From an uncultured delta proteobacterium (GTDB lineage: Bacteria; Myxococcota; UBA727; VGSZ01): a stretch of DNA of 64,000 bases. The position numbers were made by a program, and so were the translations under genes. The notes beneath the pieces were generated by a model. It made no database searches and was not told where the DNA came from. It was given only the letters and a program-made list of their open reading frames with translations. Below are positions 1-9,240 of the stretch, piece after piece. Each line of letters starts with the position of its first letter. Position 1 is the stretch's first letter. The stretch lies in assembly GCA_963775425.1 (NCBI GenBank), contig CAVZJB010000008.1, positions 128,001 through 192,000 of the forward strand, read 5' to 3'.

Positions 1-504
1 GGGCGCACCACCCTCGTCGACGCCGGCGCTCTGCCTCCTTCGAGGGGCGATCGCGCGCCCGGGGGCGGCGCCGCCGCCGCGGGCGCCGGCGCTCCCCCGG
101 GCGCCGGCGCGCTCCCCCTGGCGCCGAGCCCGGCGCTCTTCGACGTCGAGGGCGAGGCGCTCGTCGCGTTCGTGGAGCGCGCCGTGCCGCACGCCAGGGC
201 GTCGCTCGCCTTGTCCCGCGGCAGCGCCGTCCTCGTCGTCGACGGCGGCCCCGGCTTCGACCGCGCCGCCGCCCGCGCCGCCCTGGCCGCCGCCGTCGCC
301 GCACCGCTGCCGCGCGGCGCCGTCGACGACCTGCGCGCGCGGGCCGAGGGCCGCCTGGCGGCGCGCCGCTCGCGCGTGGGCGCGTGGGCGCACGACACGG
401 CGGCGCTGTGGCTCGCGTTCGACACCGTCGACGTCGAGGACGTCGACGACCTCGGCGTCCGTGTGCGCGCGCGGCTGTTCCCCTCGGTGCTGTTCGGTCC
501 CTGA
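1..504 (+). CDS. Hypothetical protein, 5'-truncated by the window edge
   Basis: Frame 1 is open from base 1 to TGA at 502-504 with GC-rich codon usage; no diagnostic motif. Confidence 0.55.
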   Translation, partial: GRTTLVDAGALPPSRGDRAPGGGAAAAGAGAPPGAGALPLAPSPALFDVEGEALVAFVERAVPHARASLALSRGSAVLVVDGGPGFDRAAARAALAAAVAAPLPRGAVDDLRARAEGRLAARRSRVGAWAHDTAALWLAFDTVDVEDVDDLGVRVRARLFPSVLFGP

Positions 505-530
505 CGCGGGCGCGCTCCGGCGCGGCTCCT

Positions 531-1091
531 TCAAGGGATGTGCTTCACCAAGGCGCGCACGCGCTGGACGGACACGGCCACGCACGCGGTGGTGCCCCTG
601 CGCTCGATGACGACGCCGACGACCCGGCCGTCGCGCAGGACGGGCGCACCGGGATCGAGGGGGAGGTCGAGCCGCCAGCGGCCCCCGCTGACGGTGCGCA
701 GGCCGCCGACGCTCGGCGAGACCCGCCCGTCGACGAGCCCCATGCCGAGGAGCCACGCGTCCTTCCCCGGCGGCGCGCCGTTGCCGAGGCCGAGCGAGGG
801 GAACACGCCGTCCTTGTCGAGCTTCTTCAATTCCACGAGGGCGAGGCCGTCGTCGTCGCGCACGAGCACGTGGCCGCGGCGGCGCTCGCCGTCGACGAGC
901 TCGAGGACGACGTCGTCGACGTTGCCGGCGACGACGGCCACGGCGACGCCGGAGCCGGACACGAAGAACCCCGGCCGCACGTCTCCCTCGGGCGAGATGA
1001 CCGAGACCACGGCCGGCCCGTGGACCCGCGCCGCGTGCTCGAGCGACGGCGGGCCCGCGGCCACGAGCAGGGCGAGCGCGGGAGCGAGCAT
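531..1091 (-). CDS. Secreted trypsin-like (S1C/HtrA-like fold) protein, probably catalytically inactive
   Basis: Signal-like N-terminus; PAVVSV..PGFFV..G and GAPVLRDGRVVGV motifs of the trypsin_2 fold; the GxSG serine motif is replaced by LDPG; TAGCCT -10 hexamer 8 nt upstream of the ATG. Confidence 0.6.
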   Translation of the reverse strand: MLAPALALLVAAGPPSLEHAARVHGPAVVSVISPEGDVRPGFFVSGSGVAVAVVAGNVDDVVLELVDGERRRGHVLVRDDDGLALVELKKLDKDGVFPSLGLGNGAPPGKDAWLLGMGLVDGRVSPSVGGLRTVSGGRWRLDLPLDPGAPVLRDGRVVGVVIERRGTTACVAVSVQRVRALVKHIP

Positions 1092-1117
1092 CGCGCCGTA
1101 GGCTACACTCGAGCCCG

Positions 1118-2071
1118 GTGGACCGCCCACTTCCCGCCCGCGCCGTGGCGCGCGCCCTCGTCGTGCGTGCGGGGGCCTGTGCGCTCGCGTGCGCGGGCGT
1201 CGCGGGCACGGCGCGCGCGGACGACGGCCCGCCGCTCCTGCCGCTGGCCAGCGTGCAGCGGCCGCCGCCGCTCGACGACGACGACCCGCCGCCGCACTAC
1301 CGGGGCTGCGCGGACAAGCCGCTGCCCGTGCTGCGCGATCGGCTGCCCTTCGGCCCCGGGGAGCTGCTGAGCTACGACGTCGCCGTCCTCGGCATTCGCA
1401 CCGGCAAGGTGAACATCAAGATGGGCGAGCGGGCCGTCATCGACGGCGTCGCCACCTTCCCGCTGCAGGCGCAGGCCAAGACCGACGGGTTCCTCGAGGT
1501 GCTCGGCAATTTCGACGCGCGCATGGTGAGCTTCTTCGACCCGTCGACGCTGACGCCGGTGCGGATGGTGAACCGCACGGTCACGCGCAAGCCGTTCGTG
1601 GCCGTGCCCGTGGTGTCGCGCGAGGACGGCGCGTTCGCCAAGGGCGTGCTCAACGCGCGCCTGCGCCGCACGAGCGACAAGGGCGACTACGACCGAAAGA
1701 GCCACATCACCACGGCCGCCGACGTCGTCGATCTGTTGAGCGTGGTCTACTACCTGCGCGCCCGCGTGTTGCCCGAGGGCGCGCCCTTCTGCTTCGAGCT
1801 GTATCACCGCCGGCGGCTGTGGCACGTCGAGGGCAAGGTCGGCGGCATCGAGGTGGTTCGCCCCCCGCTCGGCGCGCGGCGCGCGCGCCGGCTCGACGCG
1901 GTGGTGACGCGCGTGGGCGGCAAGCACCGCCCGCCGCCGCGCCCGGTGACGGCGTGGATCACGGACGACGCCGACCGCGTGCCGGTGCTCGTCTCCACGC
2001 CCGACAAGCTTGGCCACATCGAGGTGCGCATGCTGCACTACGAGCGTGGCCATCGCCTCGTTGCCCGGTGA
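1118..2071 (+). CDS. DUF3108-family secreted protein
   Basis: Signal peptide; PFGPGELLSYDV..LGI..G, D.LS..YYLR and W.TDD..RVPV motifs recognised as DUF3108-like. Confidence 0.75.
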   Translation: MDRPLPARAVARALVVRAGACALACAGVAGTARADDGPPLLPLASVQRPPPLDDDDPPPHYRGCADKPLPVLRDRLPFGPGELLSYDVAVLGIRTGKVNIKMGERAVIDGVATFPLQAQAKTDGFLEVLGNFDARMVSFFDPSTLTPVRMVNRTVTRKPFVAVPVVSREDGAFAKGVLNARLRRTSDKGDYDRKSHITTAADVVDLLSVVYYLRARVLPEGAPFCFELYHRRRLWHVEGKVGGIEVVRPPLGARRARRLDAVVTRVGGKHRPPPRPVTAWITDDADRVPVLVSTPDKLGHIEVRMLHYERGHRLVAR

Positions 2072-2159
2072 GCGCGCCGGCAGGGCGAGAGCGCAACGCA
2101 GGGGGCCGGAGGGCGGATACTCCCCTGCGGTGGTACCGTTGCCGGCGCGTGCCCCGTCC

Positions 2160-4703
2160 ATGAGGTCCCCGTCGATGCGTCCGTCCCTCCTCCTCGCCGC
2201 CCTCGTGACCGCCCTGTGCGGCGCCGCCTGCTTCAACATCGGCGACCGCCCGCCCCCGCCCTCCCGCGGCGGGAGCATCGCGGGCACCATCCAGGTGTCG
2301 GGCGTCTCGGGCCAGCTCGCCGTAGATCCTGACGCCGTGCGTCAGGCGCGCGTGGACGTGTGCGAGGCGGACAGCCCGCCCCGCGAAGACGCCGCGCCCA
2401 TGCCCGACATCGCCGGCCGCGGCGCGCCGCCGTCGCCCACGCGCCCGAGCTCCAAGATGCCGCTTCAGTGGAAGGCCGGCGACGTCCTCGTGCTCTTCGA
2501 CCATGGCGCCTATGACCGCGCCTCGCTCGCGCCCGCGCTCGACGCCATGATCGGCCGCGCGGCGCTCGGCGGCGTCAGCGCCAAGGTCGCGCGCTGCACC
2601 GCCGGCCGCTACTGCCTCGCGCGCCTGTACAAGTCCGGCGCCCTGCTCGACGAGAGCGCCACCGACGCCGCGCAGAAGGCCCTCGACAAAAACCGCGGGC
2701 CGCACGTGAAGGTCGTCGCGAAGAACCTCAAGAAGTGGGGCTTCTTCGTCCCCAACGATCCGCTCTTCAATTTCCAGTGGCACTACGACTTCATCCACCT
2801 GCAGGCGGCGTGGGACATCGAGCGCGGCGACGACAGCGTCGTGGTCGCCGTCGTCGACAGCGGCGCCGTCACCGCGCAGCCCGACCTCTCCGGCCGCTGG
2901 GCGCGCGACGGCCAGGGCCGCGTCGTCGGCACCGATATGGTCGATCCCGAGGTCGACGTCGACGGCGTCCCCGGGCGCGACACCGACCCCGAAGACCCCG
3001 GCGACAACCTCTTCGGCACCAACTCGTCGAGCTGGCACGGCACGCACATCGCCGGCACCATCGGCGCCGAGACCGACAACGGCGAGGGCGTCGCCGGCAT
3101 CACCATGGCCGGCCGCATCGTCCCCGTGCGCGTGCTCGGCAACCAGCTCTCGGGCTTCGACGCCGACATCATGGACGGCATCTTCTGGGCCATCGGCCAG
3201 CACGTCGACGGCACGCCCGACTATCCGCTCACCGACACGGCGAAGCTCATCAACCTCTCGCTCGGCGGCCCCACCGACGACGCCAGCCAGACCTTCTGGA
3301 ACGACAACATCACCGCCGTGCTCTCCGATCCGTCCAAGCCCATCATCGTGGCCGCGGCGGGCAACAGCGACGAGGACGCCGGCGGCATCGTGCCCGCCAA
3401 CGTCCCCGGCATGATCACCGTGGGCGCGGTGAACATCCGCGGGCTGCGCGCGAGCTACTCGAACTTCGGCGCGTCCGTCGACGTCATGGCCCCCGGCGGC
3501 GACGAGGGCACCGACGAAAACGGCGACGGCCAGCCCGACGGCGTGCTGTCGACGGTGAACCCCGACTACGACTGGCGCGACGGCACGAGCATGGCCTGCC
3601 CGCACGTGACCGGCGTGGCGGCGCTGTTGGTGGCCGCCAACCCGTCGCTCGGCCAGACCGACATCGCGCAGATCCTCCACGCGTCCTCCAACCACGCCGG
3701 CCAGTGCAACGAGGGCTGTGGCGGCGGCTGGCTCGACGCCGTGAGCGCGCTGCTGCTCGCGGGCGGCGAGGTGCAGGCGTTGCCGCTCCTCGCCACCGAC
3801 GTCACGCAGGCGTTCTTCCCCACAGGGCTGCAGGCGGTGCAGGTGAACGTGCTGAACCTCGGCAACGCGCCCTTCTCGTTCGCCGCCGCCGTCGAGGGAG
3901 CGCAAGCGGAGCACTTCAGCGTGAGCCCGGCGACGGGCACCGTGGCGGAGGCGACGTCGTCGAACCCGCGCGTGGCGCTCACCGTGACGCTCGATCGCGG
4001 CGACCTGGAAGCGGGCAGCGCCAACCTCAAGATCACCACCACCGACGCCGACATCACGCCGGCCGAAGAGGCGAGCGTCGACCTGAACTTCAACGACGAC
4101 CCGAACCGCAACCCGCGCCAGATCCAGGAGGTGCAGGTGGCCGCGTTCGAAAAGAAGGCCGACGGCACGCTCAAGAGCGTGGCCAAGACCGTCGCCAGGC
4201 GCGAGGACCAATTCGCGTACACCATCACGGGGCTGCGCGAGGGCGACTACGAGGTGTTCGCCGTCGGCGACGACAACCAGGACGGCCAGTTCGAGGCCGA
4301 CGTCGAGAGCTTCGGCGCGTACCCGACGCGCGACGCGCCGCAGGAGGTGCACGTGGGCGCCGACGCGCGCGTGGAGAGCATCGACTTCGGCATCGACGCC
4401 GCCTTCATCACCGACATCGTCGGCGGCGTCGGCGCCCCCTGCAACGCCGACAACGACTGCAGCACCCCGACGGGCGCGCAGTGCATCACCACCTTCGCCG
4501 GCGGCTACTGCTCGCGCCTGTGCGACGACGGCCAGTGCGGCAACAACGCCTCCTGCGAACAGTTGCGCTGCAGCGACGGCAGCGGCAACAGCGTCGACTG
4601 CAACGTCTGCCTCGTGCGCTGCGCGTCCGACAGCCAATGCCGCTTCGACGAGGGCTACATCTGCGACGCCGGCGAGTGCGTCCCCGCCGAGCTCCCGCCG
4701 TAA
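2160..4703 (+). CDS. S8 (subtilisin-family) serine protease lipoprotein with C-terminal beta-sandwich and Cys-rich domains
   Basis: Catalytic motifs VVDSG, HGTHIAG, AAAGN, GTSMACPHV; lipobox-like GAAC; Cys-rich C-terminus; start may be 2175. Confidence 0.9.
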   Translation: MRSPSMRPSLLLAALVTALCGAACFNIGDRPPPPSRGGSIAGTIQVSGVSGQLAVDPDAVRQARVDVCEADSPPREDAAPMPDIAGRGAPPSPTRPSSKMPLQWKAGDVLVLFDHGAYDRASLAPALDAMIGRAALGGVSAKVARCTAGRYCLARLYKSGALLDESATDAAQKALDKNRGPHVKVVAKNLKKWGFFVPNDPLFNFQWHYDFIHLQAAWDIERGDDSVVVAVVDSGAVTAQPDLSGRWARDGQGRVVGTDMVDPEVDVDGVPGRDTDPEDPGDNLFGTNSSSWHGTHIAGTIGAETDNGEGVAGITMAGRIVPVRVLGNQLSGFDADIMDGIFWAIGQHVDGTPDYPLTDTAKLINLSLGGPTDDASQTFWNDNITAVLSDPSKPIIVAAAGNSDEDAGGIVPANVPGMITVGAVNIRGLRASYSNFGASVDVMAPGGDEGTDENGDGQPDGVLSTVNPDYDWRDGTSMACPHVTGVAALLVAANPSLGQTDIAQILHASSNHAGQCNEGCGGGWLDAVSALLLAGGEVQALPLLATDVTQAFFPTGLQAVQVNVLNLGNAPFSFAAAVEGAQAEHFSVSPATGTVAEATSSNPRVALTVTLDRGDLEAGSANLKITTTDADITPAEEASVDLNFNDDPNRNPRQIQEVQVAAFEKKADGTLKSVAKTVARREDQFAYTITGLREGDYEVFAVGDDNQDGQFEADVESFGAYPTRDAPQEVHVGADARVESIDFGIDAAFITDIVGGVGAPCNADNDCSTPTGAQCITTFAGGYCSRLCDDGQCGNNASCEQLRCSDGSGNSVDCNVCLVRCASDSQCRFDEGYICDAGECVPAELPP

Positions 4704-4765
4704 TTGTGACGGCGCATGTCGGCGCCGTCACTTGCGCGCTTCGCGCGCGGCTCGCTCCGCTCGCG

Positions 4766-4856
4766 GCGCGGCGTCGGCAGCGTCCGAAGTCGCCTTTGAT
4801 CGTGCGCAGATTCGCGGCGCTTGCCGGGGCGACTTCGGAGGCTGCCTCCGCCGCGC
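4766..4856. repeat. Intergenic hairpin element, copy 1 (~29-bp imperfect inverted arms)
   Basis: GCGCGGCGTCGGCAGCGTCCGAAGTCGCC (4766-4794) pairs with GGCGACTTCGGAGGCTGCCTCCGCCGCGC (4828-4856); related to 6942-7040. Confidence 0.7.
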
Positions 4857-5330
4857 TTCGGAGTTTCGGGGCTTGACGTCGTCGAGGCCCCGTACGTCCC
4901 CGCCGCGCTCGCGGGGCGACGAGCGCTACGGCGACATCGCGGGGGCTTGGGCGATGTGGCTGTGGAGATGGGCGACGGCGCGGGCGGCTTCGGCGGCTTC
5001 GGCGATGTGGCTGTGGAGATGGGCGACGGCGCGGGCGGCTTCGGCGGCTTCGGCGATGTGGCTGTGGAGATGGGCGACGGCGCGGGCGGCTTCGGCGTCG
5101 TCGGCGCGCGGGTACGTGTGCCGCGCTTCGGAGCTTCGGGGCTTGACGTCGTCGGCGCGCGGGTACGTGTGCCGCGCTTCGGAGCTTCGGGGCTTGACGT
5201 CGTCGAGGCACCGAACGTCGCGCCGCGCTCGCGACGAGCGCTACGGCGACATCGCGGCGGCGGCTTCGGCGATGCGGGCGTGGAGGCTGGCGACGGCGCG
5301 GGCGGCTTCGGCGTCGTCGAGCGCGCGGGT
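4851..5330. repeat. Nested tandem duplication of the 3' end of the 5241-6188 gene, with two different 51-bp tandem units
   Basis: 51-bp unit at 4950/5001/5052 and a second 51-bp unit at 5097/5148; 4851-5113 is a diverged copy of 5172-5330. Confidence 0.85.
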
Positions 5331-6188
5331 GCCGAGGCCGTCGAGGACCGCGGCGAGCGCCTTCGCGTTCGTCCCCGGAGCGAGCGCGGCGAGGCGCGCG
5401 GGCGCGAGCGCGTGCGGCAGCGTGCGCTCGACCGCGTCGTCTCCGGTGACGAGGAAGCCGCCGAAGCGCGCGGGGTCGGCGTCGGCCCAGGGCCAGTCGA
5501 GCAGCGCCCACCACAAAGACGCCAGCGCGTCGCGGCCGCGGACGACGTCGTCCTTGCGGAAGGGACGGCCGAGGGCGCCGTCGAGGAGCGCGGCCACCGC
5601 CTTCACCAGGCCCGCGTCCGTCACCACCCGCCCGTAGCCGGTGCCTCGCGCCGCCTGCGCGAGGTCCACCTCGCGCGGCCGCAGCCAGTCGTGGGGCGCG
5701 CAGAAGTGCCCGGCGCAGACCTCGCGCGGGTACACCGCGAGGTCGCGCAGGTCCTCGCCGGCGGGGTGCCGCGTCGGATGCAGCAGACAGCCGACGCGCC
5801 TCCCGGCGAGCTCCTCGGTGACGCGCGCCTCGTCGACCTCCGCTGTGGAGCGCCCGTCGTCGCCCTCCGCCGTGGGCCGCCCCGCGCCGGCCTCCGCGGT
5901 GGCGCCGGGCCTCGTCCCGCGATCCGGCGCGTCGTCGTCGACGTAGCCCGCGAACGGGCACACCTTCACGGCGGCGAAGAGCACGTCGGGCTTCTCGATC
6001 TCCAACAGCGCGTCGCGCGCGGCGGCGAGGGCGGCGCGATCGGGCCACGCCGCGCGCACGCGCGCCGTGCGACGCTCGAGGCGCTCGCGCTCGGCGCGCG
6101 CCGAGCGGTCGCGGAAGTTGTACACGCCGCAGCAGGCCGCGCACGAGCCGCCGTCGTGTTGGCAAAGCACGCGAAGCGGCGCGGGCAT
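5241..6188 (-). CDS. Cys-rich hypothetical protein, possibly metal/Fe-S binding (YkgJ-like CxxCC pattern)
   Basis: Motifs CQHDGGSCAACCG, CPF, GCLLHP, CAGHFC; ATG at 6188 avoids overlap with the divergent gene. Confidence 0.65.
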   Translation of the reverse strand: MPAPLRVLCQHDGGSCAACCGVYNFRDRSARAERERLERRTARVRAAWPDRAALAAARDALLEIEKPDVLFAAVKVCPFAGYVDDDAPDRGTRPGATAEAGAGRPTAEGDDGRSTAEVDEARVTEELAGRRVGCLLHPTRHPAGEDLRDLAVYPREVCAGHFCAPHDWLRPREVDLAQAARGTGYGRVVTDAGLVKAVAALLDGALGRPFRKDDVVRGRDALASLWWALLDWPWADADPARFGGFLVTGDDAVERTLPHALAPARLAALAPGTNAKALAAVLDGLGTRALDDAEAARAVASLHARIAEAAAAMSP

Positions 6189-6258
6189 CGATCCTCCGTC
6201 GGCTGCGCGCGTCGTGCGCAACCTTTCCTCGAATGCGATCGCGTGTACCATACGCGCG

Positions 6259-6888
6259 ATGAAGCTCGTCGTCTTCGGCGCCACCGGGGGAACCGGCAGG
6301 AACGTGGCCAAGCGCGCGCTCGCGCTCGGCCATGACGTCGTCGCCGTGGCGCGGCGACCGGAGGCCGTCGACCTGCGTCACGAGAGGCTGCGCGTGCACA
6401 AGGCCGACGCCGCCGACGCCGCCGCCGTCGCCGCCGCGCTCGATCGCGCCGACTGCGCCGTCATCGCCGTCGGGCCCGCGGACAACAAGAAGCCCGGCAC
6501 CGTGATCTCCTCGTGCGCCAAGAACGTCGTCGCCGGCGCCGAGCAACAAAGCGTCTCGCGCGTGGTGCTCGAGAGCGGTCTCATGATGACCGACGGCGCA
6601 GAGCTCTCCTTCGTCGGTCGCATCATGATCAAGCTCTACCGGAGCACCGTGCGCGCGCTCTACGAGGACAAGCGCATCGCCGAAGCGGCCGTCACCGGCA
6701 GCGGCCGCGAGTGGGTCATCGTGCGCCCGCCGAACCTCGAGCACCAACCCGCGCGCGGCGACTACATCGCCGGCCCCAGGATGCGCGTGCGCCCGACGAA
6801 GCCCCTCACCCACGCCGACTGCGCCGACTGCCTCGTCCGCGCCGCCGTCGGCGAGTGGACGGGAGAGATCGTGAACGTCGGGTATTGA
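6259..6888 (+). CDS. NAD(P)H-binding atypical SDR (flavin reductase/BVR-B-like)
   Basis: MKLVVFGATGGTG Rossmann motif, WVIVRPP; TACCAT hexamer 7 nt upstream. Confidence 0.88.
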   Translation: MKLVVFGATGGTGRNVAKRALALGHDVVAVARRPEAVDLRHERLRVHKADAADAAAVAAALDRADCAVIAVGPADNKKPGTVISSCAKNVVAGAEQQSVSRVVLESGLMMTDGAELSFVGRIMIKLYRSTVRALYEDKRIAEAAVTGSGREWVIVRPPNLEHQPARGDYIAGPRMRVRPTKPLTHADCADCLVRAAVGEWTGEIVNVGY

Positions 6889-6941
6889 GCGGATTTTGTT
6901 CGCTCACGCTCACGAACAGCCGCGCCCTCCGGGCGCCCGGA

Positions 6942-7040
6942 GCGGCGGAGGCTGCCTTCGAAGCCGGCGCGCTCTCTGGGGGCTCTTTGTAGCCGGGGTC
7001 GGCTCGTGAGCGCGACGGCTTCGGTGGCAGCCTCCGCCGC
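6942..7040. repeat. Intergenic hairpin element, copy 2
   Basis: GCGGCGGAGGCTGCCTTCGAAGCCG (6942-6966) pairs with CGGCTTCGGTGGCAGCCTCCGCCGC (7016-7040); lies between convergent genes. Confidence 0.7.
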
Positions 7041-7176
7041 GCTTCTTTGTTGGGCTTGATGCTCTGCTCTTGTCGCACCGCCCTCCACGTCGTCGCGCGG
7101 CGTAGATATTCGCGGCGGCGGGGCGACGTCGTCGTCAGCGACAAACGCCGTGCCGCCGAGGATGTCGTGACGCCGC

Positions 7177-7998
7177 TCAGATCAGGACGTCGATGAGCTC
7201 CACGGAGGACGCGGGCACGGTCTCGCCGAGGAACGCGGGCGCGAGCTTCTCGAGCTGCTCGGGGGCGTCGGTGACGAGGAGCCGGTGGCTGCCCGCCGCG
7301 GCGCCCGACGGGGCGGGGGCGCCGGCTTCGAGGCGGGCGGCGACGTCGAGGGCGGTGGCCTCGGCGCCGTCGACGAGGGCGACGGCGGGGTCGAGCGCCG
7401 CGCGCAGCACCGGGCGCAGCAGCGGGTAGTGCGTGCAGCCGAGCACCACCGTGTCTACGCCCTCCGGCAGCGCGCGCAGATACCGCTCGACCACCAGGCG
7501 CGGCACCTCGCCGTCGGTCCAGCCCTCCTCGACCAGCGGCACCAGCAGCGGACACGCCACCGGCACCACACGGCCCGCCTCGACGCCGAGCGCGTCGAGG
7601 GCCCGCCCGTACGCGCCCGAGCGCACCGTGCCCGGGGTGCCGAGCACGGCGACGACGCCGCCCTTGCTCCCCGCTACCGCCGCCCGCGCGCCCGGCTCGA
7701 TGACGCCGACGACCGGCACGCCGCGGGGGCCCAGCGCCTCCGTCAACGCGGGCAGCGCCACGGCGCTCGCGGTGTTGCACGCGACGACGAGCAGCTTGAT
7801 GTCCGCCGCCTCGAGGAGCGTGCGCGCGTTGTTGATCGCGTACTTGACGACGGTGGCGGCGGAGCGCGTGCCGTACGGGACGCGCGCGGTGTCTCCGAGG
7901 TAGACCGTGCTCTCTCCCGGCAAGCGCGCCTTGAGCGCGCGCAGCACGGTGAGGCCGCCTACGCCCGAGTCGAAGACGCCGATGGGCCGCGTGTCCAT
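7177..7998 (-). CDS. murI: Glutamate racemase
   Basis: IGVFDSGVGGLTV, PYG, VACNTAS and LGCTHYP motifs. Confidence 0.97.
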   Translation of the reverse strand: MDTRPIGVFDSGVGGLTVLRALKARLPGESTVYLGDTARVPYGTRSAATVVKYAINNARTLLEAADIKLLVVACNTASAVALPALTEALGPRGVPVVGVIEPGARAAVAGSKGGVVAVLGTPGTVRSGAYGRALDALGVEAGRVVPVACPLLVPLVEEGWTDGEVPRLVVERYLRALPEGVDTVVLGCTHYPLLRPVLRAALDPAVALVDGAEATALDVAARLEAGAPAPSGAAAGSHRLLVTDAPEQLEKLAPAFLGETVPASSVELIDVLI

Positions 7999-8095
7999 GT
8001 CGCTGACTCAACCGCCGCGCGCCGTCCGTCAATCCGCTCGCACGGCGATGAAAGGGGAGACGCGCAATGTGATCCGTCGGTGCCGACGGCTCGAG

Positions 8096-8234
8096 CGGCT
8101 CGGACGCGAGGGGCGGCGGACGGCGGGAGGAGCCGCACCGTCGATGCGGCGCGTTCGCGCCCGGGTCCGCGTTGAGCCGCGTTCCCTACGGAGAGGGCGC
8201 GGACTTGCCGTGTCGACGCGTGCGGCGACGACAG
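8096..8234. repeat. ~135-bp dispersed repeat (MITE-like), inverted copy at 51073-51205
   Basis: Near-identical reverse complement of 51073-51205; begins immediately after the stop codon of 8236-8955. Confidence 0.8.
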
Positions 8235-8235
8235 C

Positions 8236-8955
8236 TCACGCTTTCTTGGCCAGGCCCCGGCGCACCTGGACGGGCTCTTCCTTGAGGCCCTCGGCGACGC
8301 CGACGGCGGTCACCTGCGCGGCGCTCACGGCCGCCGCCGTCACCGTCACCGCCTGCGTGGCCAGCGCGGGCAGGGGGCCCTGGGCGACGCTGGAGATGGC
8401 CTGGCCCGCCGCCATCGGGATGAACGTCGCCGCGGCGCCGAGCGCGTCGCCGACGGAGGAGGCGTTCGGCGCGGCGGCCTCGGCCTCGCCGTCGGCGGCG
8501 GTCTTGGTGGCGCCCTTGGACTTCGGCACCGTCACCGTCGCTGCCTGGTTGGTCAGCCGCACCTGCTCGAGGTCGGTGCGCACGCTCTCGACGATCTTGT
8601 TGTCCGCCGCGCTGCCCTTGTGCGTGCCCTGCACCATGGTCCGCGTGATGTCGTCGGAGACGCGCAGCGGATCCTTGGGCTCGTTCACCGTCGGCACCTT
8701 CCCGTTCAGGAAGCTCACCCCCTTGATGCCGCGGTCCATCTGCTGCGCAGCGAGGTCGTAGATGGCGTCGAGCTTCTTGAACGGATCGGGGACGCCGTCG
8801 GGGAGCTGGTGCTGCTCGCCGGGCAGCGCCATGTCCCCGAGGTTCTTTTGGACCAGCGGCGGCTCGAAGCGTTGCTCGGGGACGTAGTCGGCGTCGTGCC
8901 AGAGCGCGCTCATGCCCGCCTGGTGACCCGAGAAGACCGACTGACCGACGCGCAT
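8236..8955 (-). CDS. Hypothetical protein
   Basis: 239-aa ORF with typical codon usage and GGAGG RBS upstream; no recognisable domain. Confidence 0.65.
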   Translation of the reverse strand: MRVGQSVFSGHQAGMSALWHDADYVPEQRFEPPLVQKNLGDMALPGEQHQLPDGVPDPFKKLDAIYDLAAQQMDRGIKGVSFLNGKVPTVNEPKDPLRVSDDITRTMVQGTHKGSAADNKIVESVRTDLEQVRLTNQAATVTVPKSKGATKTAADGEAEAAAPNASSVGDALGAAATFIPMAAGQAISSVAQGPLPALATQAVTVTAAAVSAAQVTAVGVAEGLKEEPVQVRRGLAKKA

Positions 8956-9177
8956 CGCTGCCTCCGAAACCGTCCCGACCAGAGCGGCCGCAAAGGGGGA
9001 TCATGATGGTATCGCACGCGCTCCGTCTCGGTCCCTTGACCGACGCCGATCCGCTGCGATGGGCCACGGACGAGCGGGCGCCACGGGCCCGCGCGAGCAC
9101 GTCGCCGGCTTGGAACGCGGGGAACGCGCGGCGCGCTCGGCGATCGCGGCGCCGGCGTCTGCACGGCGGTGCGCGTT

Positions 9178-9193
9178 TGGCACACAGGGTGCT
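9178..9193 (+). promoter_or_regulatory. Putative sigma54 (-24/-12) promoter
   Basis: TGGCACACAGGGTGCT fits TGGCAC and GG-N10-GC spacing, 48 nt upstream of the ATG at 9241. Confidence 0.55.
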
Positions 9194-9240
9194 CTTGAGT
9201 CCCACTGACAGGCCTCACCGACGAAAACAGGAGGGATTCC

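Noticed and set aside
4851-5330. Diversity-generating retroelement TR/VR pair
   Set aside because: Differences between copies include indels and non-adenine changes, and no reverse transcriptase is in the window
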